33,604 nucleotides of DNA from NCBI RefSeq assembly GCF_006345805.1, contig NW_021831891.1, forward strand, positions 1 to 33,604, in the 5' to 3' direction. The notes under the pieces are model-generated. The model made no database searches, was not told the origin of the DNA, and saw only the letters and a list, made by a program, of their open reading frames with translations. Each line of letters opens with the position of its first letter. Positions within the stretch are counted from its first letter, which is position 1. Origin of the DNA: Octopus sinensis. Lineage: Eukaryota. Positions 1 through 12,019 of the stretch are shown here, piece after piece. The translations under genes and the position numbers were made by a program.

Positions 1-1434
1 CCCATTGCAATACAAAATGGAAATAGGGGGATATCCTGGCACCGACCCTATTTGCCATATATTTTGCGATGGTGTTCTGTATTGCATTCAGAAACTGCAG
101 ATACGGTGTTTACATCCATTATCGAACCTCTGGCAGCATATTTAATATCAGGCACTTTGCTGCGAAAACAAAGGCATTTACCTCTATCATGAGAGACCTT
201 TTGTATGCAGATGATTGTGATCTAGTAGCACACACAGAGATTGATATGCAACACATTTTTAATGCATTCTCTGATGCTTGCACTGCCTTAGGATTGACAG
301 TCAATCTCAAGAAAACTGTTGTCATGCATCAATCTGCCCCTGGTAAGCAGTATAGTGTACCAAATATCTATGTGTATGTTAAACGACTTGATGTAGTTGA
401 TCGATCAGTTTGTCTACCTGGGAAGCACTATTAATAGATATAGCAATTTGGATGATGAAATTCCACATAGAATTAGGAAAGCAAGTGTTGCTTTCGGAAG
501 GGTAGAAAAGCGCCTCTGGAGTCGGCGAGACATATGCAGAAAGACAAAGATAAAGGTGTACAAGGCATGTGTGCTCCCTTCTCTTCTCTATGCCTGCGAG
601 ACGTGAGTCATATATCGATACCACTTTAAACAACTGGAACGTTTCCATCAGATGTGTCTTAGACGGATCTATGGCATTAAGTGGAAGGACCGCATCAGTG
701 ATCATGAAATATTGGAAGGCTCTCGGTGTGAAGTGTAGTAGAAGAGCTCTTGTGTTAAAGCGAAGGCTCAGATGGAGTGGTCATTGGTCAGGATGAAGGA
801 TTCAAGGATGCCAAAACAACTTTTATGGAGTGTTAGCTAAAGGAGAACAACCTCCACATAAACCAAAAAAGAGGTATAAGGACTTGCCGAAGGCTTTCTT
901 AAGAGATGTTTGCATCTCTCCTGACACATGGGAAGGCATAGTTATTGATCGTAGCTGGTGGAGAAGGATTGTGCACGAGGGGACAGCCACTTTTGAGAAA
1001 TCTCGAGTGGCACATAAGAAAGTAAGGAGGGATGTCAGGAAGCGCATCGCTGTTACACTTCCAGAGGGAAGGGTCTTCCTATGATGCTGACATGCAGGTC
1101 TGTGCAAGACTCTGCCTCAGAAAAGCTGGACTCAAGAGTCATCTTCGTAGTCATAAAGCGAGACAGATGAGTGACAACCTGGCCACTGGTGGTGGTGTAA
1201 CACACCATACTAATAATATCTGTCGGGCATGCAAAAGAGAGTGTAATTCGGCAGGAGGACTTAAACGACATGCACAGGTACATGAAGCCCAGTTACAACT
1301 ACAGCGGCTATTACCGGTAAAGGTTTTAGTTGCCAATTCTGTACAAGACTGGGCTAAAAAGTCACATTCGATCACACCGCCAGTAACAGTTAAGCTTAGT
1401 GCAATGGCCATACTCGATGATGAGGGGGCAGCCA
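1..1434 (+). mobile_element. Decayed RTE-clade (BovB-like) LINE, 3' part of ORF2 (RT motif B to C-terminus with C2H2-like fingers), cut by the window start
   Basis: Translates to GDILAPTLFAIYFA (RT motif B), LLYADDCDLVAH (YADD), LTVNLKKTVVMHQ, FVYLGSTI..LDDEIPHRIRKASVAFGR, TKIKVYKACVLPSLLYACET, RRLRWSGH and GEQPPHKPKKRYKD across several frameshifts and stops. A short 3' UTR runs into (TA)n. Confidence 0.92.
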
Positions 1435-1441
1435 TAATATA

Positions 1442-1500
<59 letters not shown>
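1435..1500. repeat. (TA)n microsatellite at the LINE 3' end
   Basis: Direct reading of the sequence. Confidence 0.97.
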
Positions 1501-1503
<3 letters not shown>

Positions 1504-1741
1504 GAAATATGTTACAAAAGGAAAATATAAAATACACGTGAAAATTTAAGGGGAGAATAAGAAAAAATCAACGAAAATGCACATTGTAAATAAAAAAGAA
1601 AAAGCTTTTTATGAAAGGTAACGACAGATATATACTTTAAGATGGGATGAGGTAGTAATAAAAGTCATTATTATGAGATGATTAAAAAGTCAGAAAGCAA
1701 AGCATACCATGGTTTCGTCATAAGCTATTCGTCCCCCCCCT

Positions 1742-1742
1742 A

Positions 1743-1839
<97 letters not shown>

Positions 1840-1880
1840 CATATATATATATATGCATATATATATATATATATATATAT
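1742..1880. repeat. Interrupted (TA)n microsatellite
   Basis: Direct reading of the sequence. Confidence 0.95.
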
Positions 1881-1890
1881 GCATACATAT

Positions 1891-2004
1891 GCAGTCAGAT
1901 CTAGTCAAGTAATTTGCCTCATTTTTTTAAAATCTAGTTGGAACCGATAGATAAGAGGAAATCATTTGGTCATTATATTTGATTGACTGTAGTTGTTGAT
2001 TTTT
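1891..2004 (+). repeat. 114-bp dispersed repeat, copy 1 (copy 2 at 7882-7995)
   Basis: Collinear with 7882-7995 at roughly 80% identity by eye. Confidence 0.75.
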
Positions 2005-2061
2005 TCGTAGAAGCTATTGGCTTGAAGCAGGGTTAGGTGTTTATGTAGTTTTCTGATGGTA

Positions 2062-2250
2062 GTAGGGACAAACAGAGGCACACAATCGTATACATATATA
2101 CACTTGTGTACGACGGGCTTTTTTCAGTCTCCGATACGAAATCGAATCATAGGGATTTAGTCGACCCGGGACGATAGAAGAAAACACTTGTCTAAGCTGC
2201 CACGCGGTGGGACTGCACCAGGAACCGTGTGGTTGGTAAGCAGCCAAACC
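2062..2250 (-). mobile_element. tRNA-derived SINE, 5' half, decayed
   Basis: Reverse complement matches the head and body of the intact copy at 21439 (ggtgggactgcaccaggaaccgtgtggttggtaagc). Confidence 0.8.
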
Positions 2251-2266
2251 CCCACTGAGATATATT

Positions 2267-2304
<38 letters not shown>

Positions 2305-2327
2305 ATATATATTGATAGGCGTAGGAA

Positions 2328-2520
2328 TGGCTGTGTGATAAGTAGCTTCCCTACGAAACGCAGTGTTCTTGGTTCAGTCCCACTGCATGGTATCTTGGGC
2401 TAGCGTCTTCTACTATAGACTCGTGCCGACCAATCCTTGTGAGTGGAATTGATAGGCGGAACATACACACACACACACTCACACAAACATATATATACAT
2501 ATATGTGTGGGGGGGGGGGC

Positions 2521-2561
<41 letters not shown>

Positions 2562-2700
2562 GTTTGTATGTCTGTTTATCCCTCCAACACCGCTTGACAA
2601 CCGGTGCTGGTGTGTTCATGTCCCCGTAACTTAGCGTTTCGTCAAAAGAGAAAATAGATTAAATACTAGGCCTACAAAAAATAAGTATTGGGTTCGAATT
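2328..2700 (+). mobile_element. tRNA-derived SINE with internal microsatellite, 3' tail missing
   Basis: ggcgtaggaatggctgtgtgataag (A box) and ggttcagtccc (B box), then a (CA)/(TA) spacer, then the 3' module cttgacaaccggtgctggtgtg...aataagtattggg. Confidence 0.85.
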
Positions 2701-3084
2701 TCGCTGCGGCATGGAATATATATATGTATATATATATATATATATATTAACCATATCGTACTTATGCGGTGATTTGGCGGGCGATTCAAACTGGCTGTGT
2801 CCATACGTGCATATGTATGTATGTACGGCGCTCGTATATGTAAGTATATCATTTGCTGTGCATATATATCTGTATTGATGTACCCTTGATATATTCAATT
2901 GATGACGGTAAAGCTTATCTAAAGCAGAACCAGAAATCCTTGGATCTTGAATTATTCAATAATTTTTGCTTGTATGTTTTGTCCCTCCGCTTTACCTCAT
3001 GGTGCGATATGAACATTTAACGTGGTACTATAGTCAGTGTTCGACTGCTATTTCGGCATGTTGGTGTCTTTTAGACACCCTCAT

Positions 3085-3420
<336 letters not shown>

Positions 3421-3784
3421 AAATAGAAAATAACCAGAAAAGTTTATATTCTCTTAACTACATCAGTAAGGGAGATAACTAAAAATCAACTTTTAGAGTT
3501 ACTTCCTTGACATATTAATAAAAGACATGACAGTTTAAGATGTAGGTGCGTTTATAATTCCCATGCGAAGGGCACATTTGCATTCGCGCAGGAAGATACA
3601 AACATACACATGCAAATTTTCTGCTGTTAACTTTAACAAATAAACATTATAATTTACATTTAATTACACCCGAAAACTATGTAAAGTACTCACCATATCT
3701 AGTACTACCCTTTGGACATGATCGGGTTTTTATTTTGTTTTAGATAGTATATATGCGTATGTGGGTATATACACGTGTATATGT

Positions 3785-3803
3785 ATGAATGCATGTATTT
3801 ATG

Positions 3804-3888
<85 letters not shown>

Positions 3889-3971
3889 ATATATATTCAT
3901 AAATTTATAATTTTATATATATATATATATATGTAGGTATATACCTATGTGTATATATATATATATATATA
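3785..3971. repeat. (TA)n/(TATG)n microsatellite block flanking the CR1 5' end
   Basis: Direct reading of the sequence. Confidence 0.92.
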
Positions 3972-6008
3972 CTCAAAAATGGAAGATAAAATTCCTGGAG
4001 GACTGGGTCGATGCCCATCCAAACCACATCCCTTTCTTCGTCCTCACTGAAACCCATCTTAGTAACCTCCACTTGGAAGCCGAGGTGAAAGTTAAAAATT
4101 TCAAAGCCATTCGTGCTGATCGTGCTGGCAGAAGAAAGGGTGGGACTGCCATTTATGTTCATGATTCATTCTCAACAGAAGCTATGAACATATTTTCCAA
4201 TGGATACTGCGAAGCAGTCGCTGTATTCAGTCAAACCAACAACTTAACAGTAGTTGGGCTCTACAGACCACCCCAAACGCCCCTACCTTGCTTCAAGGAA
4301 TGCCTCAACAACATAAAGTGTTTCATTCAGCAGTGTCAACCTGACATTTTAATGATGGGAGACTTCAACCTTCCCGGGGTTGACTGGTCTACAAACAGTC
4401 TGCCGTCAGGTTCTTCTCTCTCAACCCCTGACAGGGAGGCAGTGGAATCACTTCTTGACTTCATGGATGATTTCTTCCGATCCCAACTGGTGCTCGAACC
4501 AACGAGATGTCACAAAAACGTCTTAGACTTAATTTTCAGCAATCACACTGATACTATCCACAATATTGCAATGGAGAAAACTTTACTCTCTGATCATGAC
4601 ATGGTTCTCTGTGATCTGAGATTTCACTGGCCAAAATGCAAAACAAATGTCATCCCTCCTGTTCATTCATTTGACACTATGGATTTCCACAATGCAAACT
4701 GTGAAGCGATCAATAATGATCTTGCACAAGTCGATTGGTCCTTCACGCACACATACACACCCACTAACATCAAAAAGTCCTGGCAGTCATTTGTAGACAC
4801 CATTACGAACATATGTGCAAAACACACCCCATTAAGATCTGCAAACAAATCTAAGTGTCGAATCCCTAGAAATAGAAAATCTCTCATCAGGAAAATTAAA
4901 AGAATTAACAAAAAAAATCAACGAGCTGAAATACTGTCAACAGCAACACACCAACCTGACTGCCATCTCGTCACTAGAGATTAAAAAACATAAACTCCAA
5001 AACAACATGATGTCTATCGTCAATAGTCAGAGAAGAGCTGAAGAGGCCTGGGCCATTGAGAAGATCAAACTCAATCACAAAGTGTTCTTTTCATTTGCAA
5101 AAATACACAGAGTCACTGGTTCTACTGTTGGCCCTCTGATTGATGAAAATGGTACTCTTCAAGACAATGCCAAAACCATGGGAGAGATATTGCAGAAACA
5201 ATATTGCTCTGTTTTCAGCAATCCTGATATGACTGATCTGGGCTGTATCAGTGATGTTACTCCCCAATATACTTTATCGGACATAACCTTTGGCGCTCCT
5301 GATGTCTTAGCAGCAATAAAGGAAATGAAGCATAATTCAGCAGTAGGTCCCGATAGGTTCCCTGCTTGTGTCTTGAAGATGTGTCAACACCAACTTGCAC
5401 CCCCTCTAGCCAATCTTAAATACTGCTGTCCACTGTGGTCTCCCTACACAAAACAAAATATTATAAGAATTGAAGCTCCCCAAAGGTCAATCACAAAAAA
5501 GATAGATGGCATGTCAGACCTTGACTACTGGGGTAGACTACAGAAACTGAATCTGTATTCACTCCAACGACGCCGTAAACGCTACATTATCTGTATGATG
5601 TGGAAAATATTCCATCAGCACTGTCCGAATGATGTTGGCATCACCTTCAAAATACATCCAAGGCTTGGACCACGTGCCATCCGTCCACAACAAAAATCTA
5701 AATCGCATCACATAACGACAATACGGCACAATTATTTCACCTCAATTGGACCCGCTCTCTTCAACATTACACCAGGACACGTCAAAACAGAAACTGACCA
5801 CACAAAATTCAAGAAGTCTTTGGACAAATTCCTTCAAACAGTCCCGGACAAACCACCCACACCCGGATATGTCTCCGCAAACAATAACTCTCTGCTCGAA
5901 TAGGCCTCGGTGCCCAAATCCTGAATTAAAAGACTTCGCCAGGTGGTGCTATTAAGTTAGACATGGCCTGGACCAATACTGGCCAAAACCTTTCTAAGTT
6001 ATTCTAAG

Positions 6009-6010
<2 letters not shown>
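3972..6010 (+). mobile_element. CR1-group LINE, 5'-truncated. APE endonuclease and ORF2 C-terminus present, RT core deleted in frame
   Basis: Endonuclease motifs VLTETHL, DRAGRRKGGTAIYV, GLYRPP, MGDFNLPGVDW, NVLDLIFSN and SDHDMV, with a frameshift near the A-run at ~4911. GPDRFPACVLK..LAPPLANL is fused directly to KYCCPLWSP...LYSLQRRRKRY...NNNSLLE. The tail is (TTCTAAGTTA)x2. Confidence 0.92.
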
Positions 6011-6555
<545 letters not shown>

Positions 6556-6569
6556 ATATGCCCGAGCAC

Positions 6570-6670
6570 AGCCTTTAGTCAAACAAAACGTACCCCAGGG
6601 CTTATCCTTTGGAAGCTTAGTACTTCTATCTTTTTTACTCTTTTGCGGAACCGTAAAGTTAGCGGGGCAT
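6570..6670 (-). mobile_element. SINE 3' module fragment, decayed
   Basis: cctttagtcaaacaaa..ccccagggcttat..ctcttttgcggaaccgtaaagttagcgggg is the reverse complement of the SINE 3' module. Confidence 0.7.
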
Positions 6671-6799
6671 ATGTGTGTGTTGTGCTCACCCACAAACACA
6701 CATACCTCCGAACATGCACACATAGATACATGCAAAGATACACACCTGAAGGTATTTATGCTTTAAATATGTTGACCATAAAACCGTGACATTCTGAAG

Positions 6800-7249
6800 A
6801 AATTGTGTGTGAGTGCAGGTCAGCCAATGTGTGTGTGTGTGCTTTCATTTCTGTGTCTGTGTGGGAGCGCGTATGTGTGACAGAGTCTTTCCAGTTCAAT
6901 GTTTTTGCGTGCGCGTGTGTATGTGTGTGTGAGTGAGGGCGTGTGTAAATGTGTGTTTTGATTTCTAGGTGTGTGTGTGTGAGTGTGTAACTGTGTTTTC
7001 ATTTCTGTGTGTGGGTGCGTACGTTTGTGTGTGAGTGTGTGTGACTATTTTCATTTCTGTGTGTGTGTTTGTGTGCGTGTGAGTGTGTGAGTGTTTGGAT
7101 GTGTAACTGCGTATTTTCATTTCTATGTGTGTGTGTTTGTGCATGTGTGAGTGTGTGTGTGTGACTATTTTCATTCCTGTGTTTGTGTATTTGTGCGTGT
7201 GTGTGAGTGTGTGAGTGTTTGGATGTGTAGCTGTGTATTATCATTTCTA

Positions 7250-7288
<39 letters not shown>

Positions 7289-7490
7289 TGTGTGTGTGTG
7301 TTTGTGCGTATGTGAGTGTGTGTCTGTGTGTGAGTATTTTTTTCAGTATTTGTGTGTCGGGGACTGTTTTTATTTATATGTGTGTGTGTGAGTGTGTGGG
7401 TATTTTCATTTCAGTGTTTGTGTGTGTGTGTGAGAATGTTTTCATTTCTGTGTGAGCGACTGTGTGTTTTTATTCGTTTGTGTGTGTGCG
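6800..7490. repeat. TG-rich minisatellite, unit ~30-40 bp anchored on (a/g)ttttcatttct(g/a)tgtgtg
   Basis: The ttttcatttc anchor recurs about ten times among (TG)n runs. Confidence 0.85.
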
Positions 7491-7881
7491 ACAATTACAA
7501 CTACAACAAACACTTTAAGCATCTCTAAGATACCCACATTTGCAGATCACTAACTACTAAATCAAAAGAAGTTCCATTTATTGCACCTTTAGTGACTTCA
7601 GAAGTTGCTCATATTTTTCTCATATGGCGACAATGTATTAATTTCACAAGTGGATAAAACAAATTCTCATCCTGGCGTGGAGGGGGCTGATATTCTAGCT
7701 GCGAGTGCTAAGCACCCAATGCCCCCCCCCCGTATCAACATACTGGATCGGCCATAATTGGTCTCATTCGGAGATCTCTCGGGTGTGGAATATTTATGAC
7801 TATAGAAGTTAACTTGTTACAGGTTTCGTTTCTGGCCTAACTTTTGTAGATTTTGGGAAGTCCACAGACGTTACTGGCTTT

Positions 7882-7995
7882 GCAGTCAAATCTACTCAAG
7901 TAATTTGTCTCCTTTTTTGTTAAATCTTGTTGGAACTGGTGGATAAGAGTGGACAGTTTGGTCATTATCTTCGATTGACTGTAGTTGTTGATTTT
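7882..7995 (+). repeat. 114-bp dispersed repeat, copy 2
   Basis: Collinear with 1891-2004. Confidence 0.75.
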
Positions 7996-7996
7996 C

Positions 7997-8121
7997 AACC
8001 GATGCTGGTGTGTTTTCCTCCCTGTATTTTAGCGGTTCGGGAAAAGAGAATAAGAATAAATACTAGGCTTACAAAGAATAAGTGCTGCGGACGTACTGCT
8101 CGACTAAAGGCGGTGCTCCAG

Positions 8122-8122
<1 letters not shown>
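7997..8122 (+). mobile_element. SINE 3' module fragment
   Basis: aaccgatgctggtgtg...tactaggcttacaaagaataag...gctcgactaaaggcggtgctccag. Confidence 0.85.
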
Positions 8123-8166
<44 letters not shown>

Positions 8167-8523
8167 AGATATACGTGTATATACCCACACACACATATAT
8201 ACTATCTAAAACAAAAAAGAAACTTGATTATGTCCGAAGGGTAGTACTAGATAATATCATTACTTTATATATTTGTGGGGCGTAATGAAATGTAAATGAT
8301 CAGCTAGTCAATGTTTATTTGTTAAAGGTACCAGCAGATTACTTGCATGTGTATGTGTGTCTGTACGTGCGCGCATGCTCGTGTCCCCTTTCACAGGCGA
8401 AAAACAAACACACCTATTACAGAAATTACATGAAACGTATTATATGATGTTAGGGAAGTAACTCTTAGGAGATATTTTCAGCTATCTCCCTAGTGAACAG
8501 GTCATAGACTTTTGTCGCTATAT

Positions 8524-8752
8524 ACTCTTTTACTCTCATTTACTCGTTTCAGTAATTTGACTATGGCCATGCTGCAGCACCACATTTAATCGAACATATC
8601 GACCCCAGGACTTATTCTTTGTAGGCATAGTAATTATTTATCGGTCTCTTTCGCTGAAACTCTAAGTCACGGGGACGTAAACAGACTAGCATCAGTTGTA
8701 AAGCGATGCTTGGGGACAAACACAGACATACAAACACACACACACACACACA

Positions 8753-8783
<31 letters not shown>

Positions 8784-8784
8784 C

Positions 8785-8818
<34 letters not shown>

Positions 8819-8992
8819 AACACATATACGACTGGATTATTTCAGTTTCCTTCCACCAAATCCAATCACAAGGTTTTGGTCGACCCGGAGCTATAGTAGA
8901 AGACAATTGCACATGATGCCAGGCAGTGGGAATGAACCCGAAAATATATGGTTCGTAAGCAAACTACTTACCACACAGCCATTCCTGCGCCT
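8524..8992 (-). mobile_element. Full-length tRNA-derived SINE with internal (CA)n(TA)n
   Basis: Reverse complement runs from taggcgcaggaatggctgtgtggtaag to ...gaaacgagtaaatgagagtaaaagagt. Confidence 0.92.
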
Positions 8993-9004
8993 ATATTCAT
9001 ATAT

Positions 9005-9100
9005 CCGACGGACTTCTTTCAGTTTCCGTCTACCAAATCCACTCAGAAGTCTTTGGTCGGCTCGAGGCTATAGTTGAAAACACTTCACGAAGGAGCCACG
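9005..9100 (-). mobile_element. SINE body fragment lacking the tRNA head
   Basis: cgacggacttctttcagtttccgtctaccaaatccactc...gccacgc, then an abrupt switch to unrelated sequence. Confidence 0.8.
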
Positions 9101-10006
9101 CGTACCCACACCCTGACCACGGCTTTGAACCGATTCTGATGAAACTTGACACACACATAGCCCAATGTCATAATTCAAAACTAACACACCGAAAATTTTG
9201 AAAAGTTCCCCCAGTTCTGAAAAAAATCGATAGATTCGACATGGGGTCGAGAATCTAAGCTTTTCATATGCAACAGATTTTCCGTTGTAGTTTTCGCAAC
9301 TTGCAATCAATTTTCACCAAACTCATGGTGAAGCTTAATGTTACCCTAAGGAACTTAATTCTGACGTTAGTTTTCCATGCAATACCTTACCATCATAAAA
9401 AAATCGATAAAATCATGCCATTTTGGGAAATCGCGTTCAAATTCAAGATGACATATTTTCAACAATATCTTTAACAAATTGGCAGGAATTTTTTATGAAA
9501 TTCACAGCGAGCATCATGTCTGCTCCAAGGAGCTATATGGCCCTTTTGATTCCAATAGGATACGTTATTACTGGAAAAAATCGGTTAATTACATCATATG
9601 TGGCACACATAGCAAACCGATTTTTCTGCGATATTTTTTGAAAGTTCACATAGATTTTCCCTACACCGACGTTGGACATCAAGTTTGCATTAAATGTCAA
9701 ACTAACGACCTTTTGTCAATGCAGTTAACAAGTATTGGGAGAAATCGACAAAACCATATCACTTTGAGACCGACCATGCGAACCCTACAAAACTGACTTT
9801 TGTTAAATAGTTGGCGGATTTCAGGCGATTTAGTCGATTTTTGGCGCTTTTATAATAAAGGTTACTAGAAATGGCATATGTTTTCCTTTTGCTTCAAATC
9901 CGAGCAATGTTGGGCTGTAGATGCGTTAAGTTAGGATTAGGTAGGGCTTAGCTGTGGTCCGAACCCAACTTGTGTTCGAGGGGGCAACGGCGGGCTATGC
10001 TGCTAG
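9101..10006 (+). mobile_element. Probable non-autonomous Helitron-like element, 5' end not found
   Basis: Ends gggcaacggcgggctatgctgCTAG|t, nearly the same as the 3' end of the Helitron at 19802-19829. It has an accgattctgatgaaacttg motif near its start, which is common in non-autonomous rolling-circle elements. Confidence 0.6.
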
Positions 10007-10044
<38 letters not shown>

Positions 10045-10048
10045 ATAT

Positions 10049-10102
<54 letters not shown>

Positions 10103-10119
10103 TGTGTGTATGTGTGTGT

Positions 10120-10150
<31 letters not shown>

Positions 10151-10156
10151 TGTGTG
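10007..10156. repeat. (TA)n(TG)n compound microsatellite
   Basis: Direct reading of the sequence. Confidence 0.95.
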
Positions 10157-11791
10157 CGCTGGTCCAGATGGTTTCCCAGCCATCCTCCTCAAAGCGTGTA
10201 AGCATGCCCTGGCAAAACCCCTCAAGATTCTCTTCCAGAGCTTTCTTGCGAATGGCAAACTGCCAAGCAAGCTGAAGGAGGGAATAATATGCCCAATACA
10301 TAAAGGGGGAAGTAGAGCAGATGCCCAAAACTATAGGCCTATCTCTCTGACTTCACACATCAGCAAAGTCATGGAACGGATAGTCAGAAAGAAACTAATC
10401 GCATTCCTTGAGGAAAATAACTTGCTGAGTGATACCCAGCATGGTTATCGACCAGTTAGGAGCTGCCTGACCCAGCTCTTACAACATTATGACTGGGTGT
10501 TGAGGCAGTTACTCAACAAATCAAATGTGGACGTAATCTACCTTGATTTTGCAAAAGCTTTTGACAAGGTGGATAATGGTATGATATGCCACAAACTGCG
10601 TGACCTCGGCATAGCTGGAAAACTTGGAGTGTGGTTACATGACTTCCTGAAAGATAGGAGTCAGGCAGTAGTGGTTAATGGAGCCACCTCTATGAACACA
10701 CAAATAGTGAGCGGTGTTCCACAGGGCACTGTCTTGGGACCACTGCTTTTTATAGTGGCCCTCTCAGATATGCCCTCAAATGCCCGGATAACTACTCTGG
10801 CCAGCTATGCAGACGACACGAAAGTCTCGCAGAAAATACAGAACCCCAGCGATGTTGCACATCTGCAGCAGGAGTTGGACTAAATCTACAGATGGGCTGA
10901 GGATAATAATATGCAGTTTAATGCTGAAAAATTCCAGGCCCTGCGCTACCAGCATCCAAAACTGAATATTAAACTTACAGGATACACTGGTCCACAGGGA
11001 ATTTCAATCCCAGAACCTAAGTCTGTGAGGGACCTGGGTATCGACATGAGTGATGATACCTCTTTCCAAGTGCACATTACCAGGATGGCGAGAAAGTGCA
11101 AACGACTGGCTGGGTGGATCCTAAGAACATTCAGAACCAGAGATAAGGAAACCATGATGGTCCTCTGGCGGACATTCGTCCTCAGCCGCCTGGATTACTG
11201 CTCACAACTATGGTCACCCACCAGTGTAAAATTAACAGCGGACCTTGAAGCAATCCAGAGAAGATATACAAAGAAGATCGTCTCTTTGCAACAGCTCAGC
11301 TACTGGGAAAGGTTGAAACAGCTAAGACTCTACTCCCTGGAGAGAAGACGGGAGAGGTATGCAGTAATATATGTCTGGAAGATCCTGGAAGGAATTGTGC
11401 CAAATTTTGGCATTGTAAGCTACACCAATACTAGAACGGGACGAGACTGCATAGTGCCAAAGATCCCAGCAATGCCATGACGCTTCAGGACCAGCTTCTG
11501 CAACAGCCTGGGTTTCAAGGGCCCACAGCTTTTTAATATTCTCCCAAAGAGTCTGAGGAACTTGCACAAAGTAGATGTAGCAGTTTTTAAATTAAAACTG
11601 GACATCTTCCTGTCGAGAGTTTCGGATGAACCTACCTCAGGGCAAGAGGTGCAAATGAGAGTAGCTATATGAAACTCCATTCTTCACCAAAAGCCACATA
11701 TTAGACGAAGTTCTTCGCAATAACAGTGTAGCACAAAACGGCGGTGCATCAGCATGGCCGCAGCTCTGAGCTGATACTAGAGACAAAAAAA
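10157..11791 (+). mobile_element. CR1-group LINE, 5'-truncated, full RT domain with nonsense mutations and no frameshift
   Basis: AGPDGFP, NYRPISLTSHISKVMERIV, YLDFAKAFDKV, SGVPQGTVLGPLLF, YADDTK, RDLGI, LDYCSQLWSP and LYSLERRRERY all lie in one frame. In-frame stops are at 10881, 11478 and ~11670, with the terminal stop at 11721-11723. Confidence 0.95.
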
Positions 11792-12018
<227 letters not shown>

Positions 12019-12019
12019 G

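Noticed and set aside
1032-1505. Host C2H2 zinc-finger gene
   Set aside because: The fingers are contiguous with a decayed RTE ORF2 and are followed by the LINE 3' end.
7640-7760. GC-richer patch with a C9 run
   Set aside because: It may be a repeat fragment, but I found no second copy, termini or coding signal.
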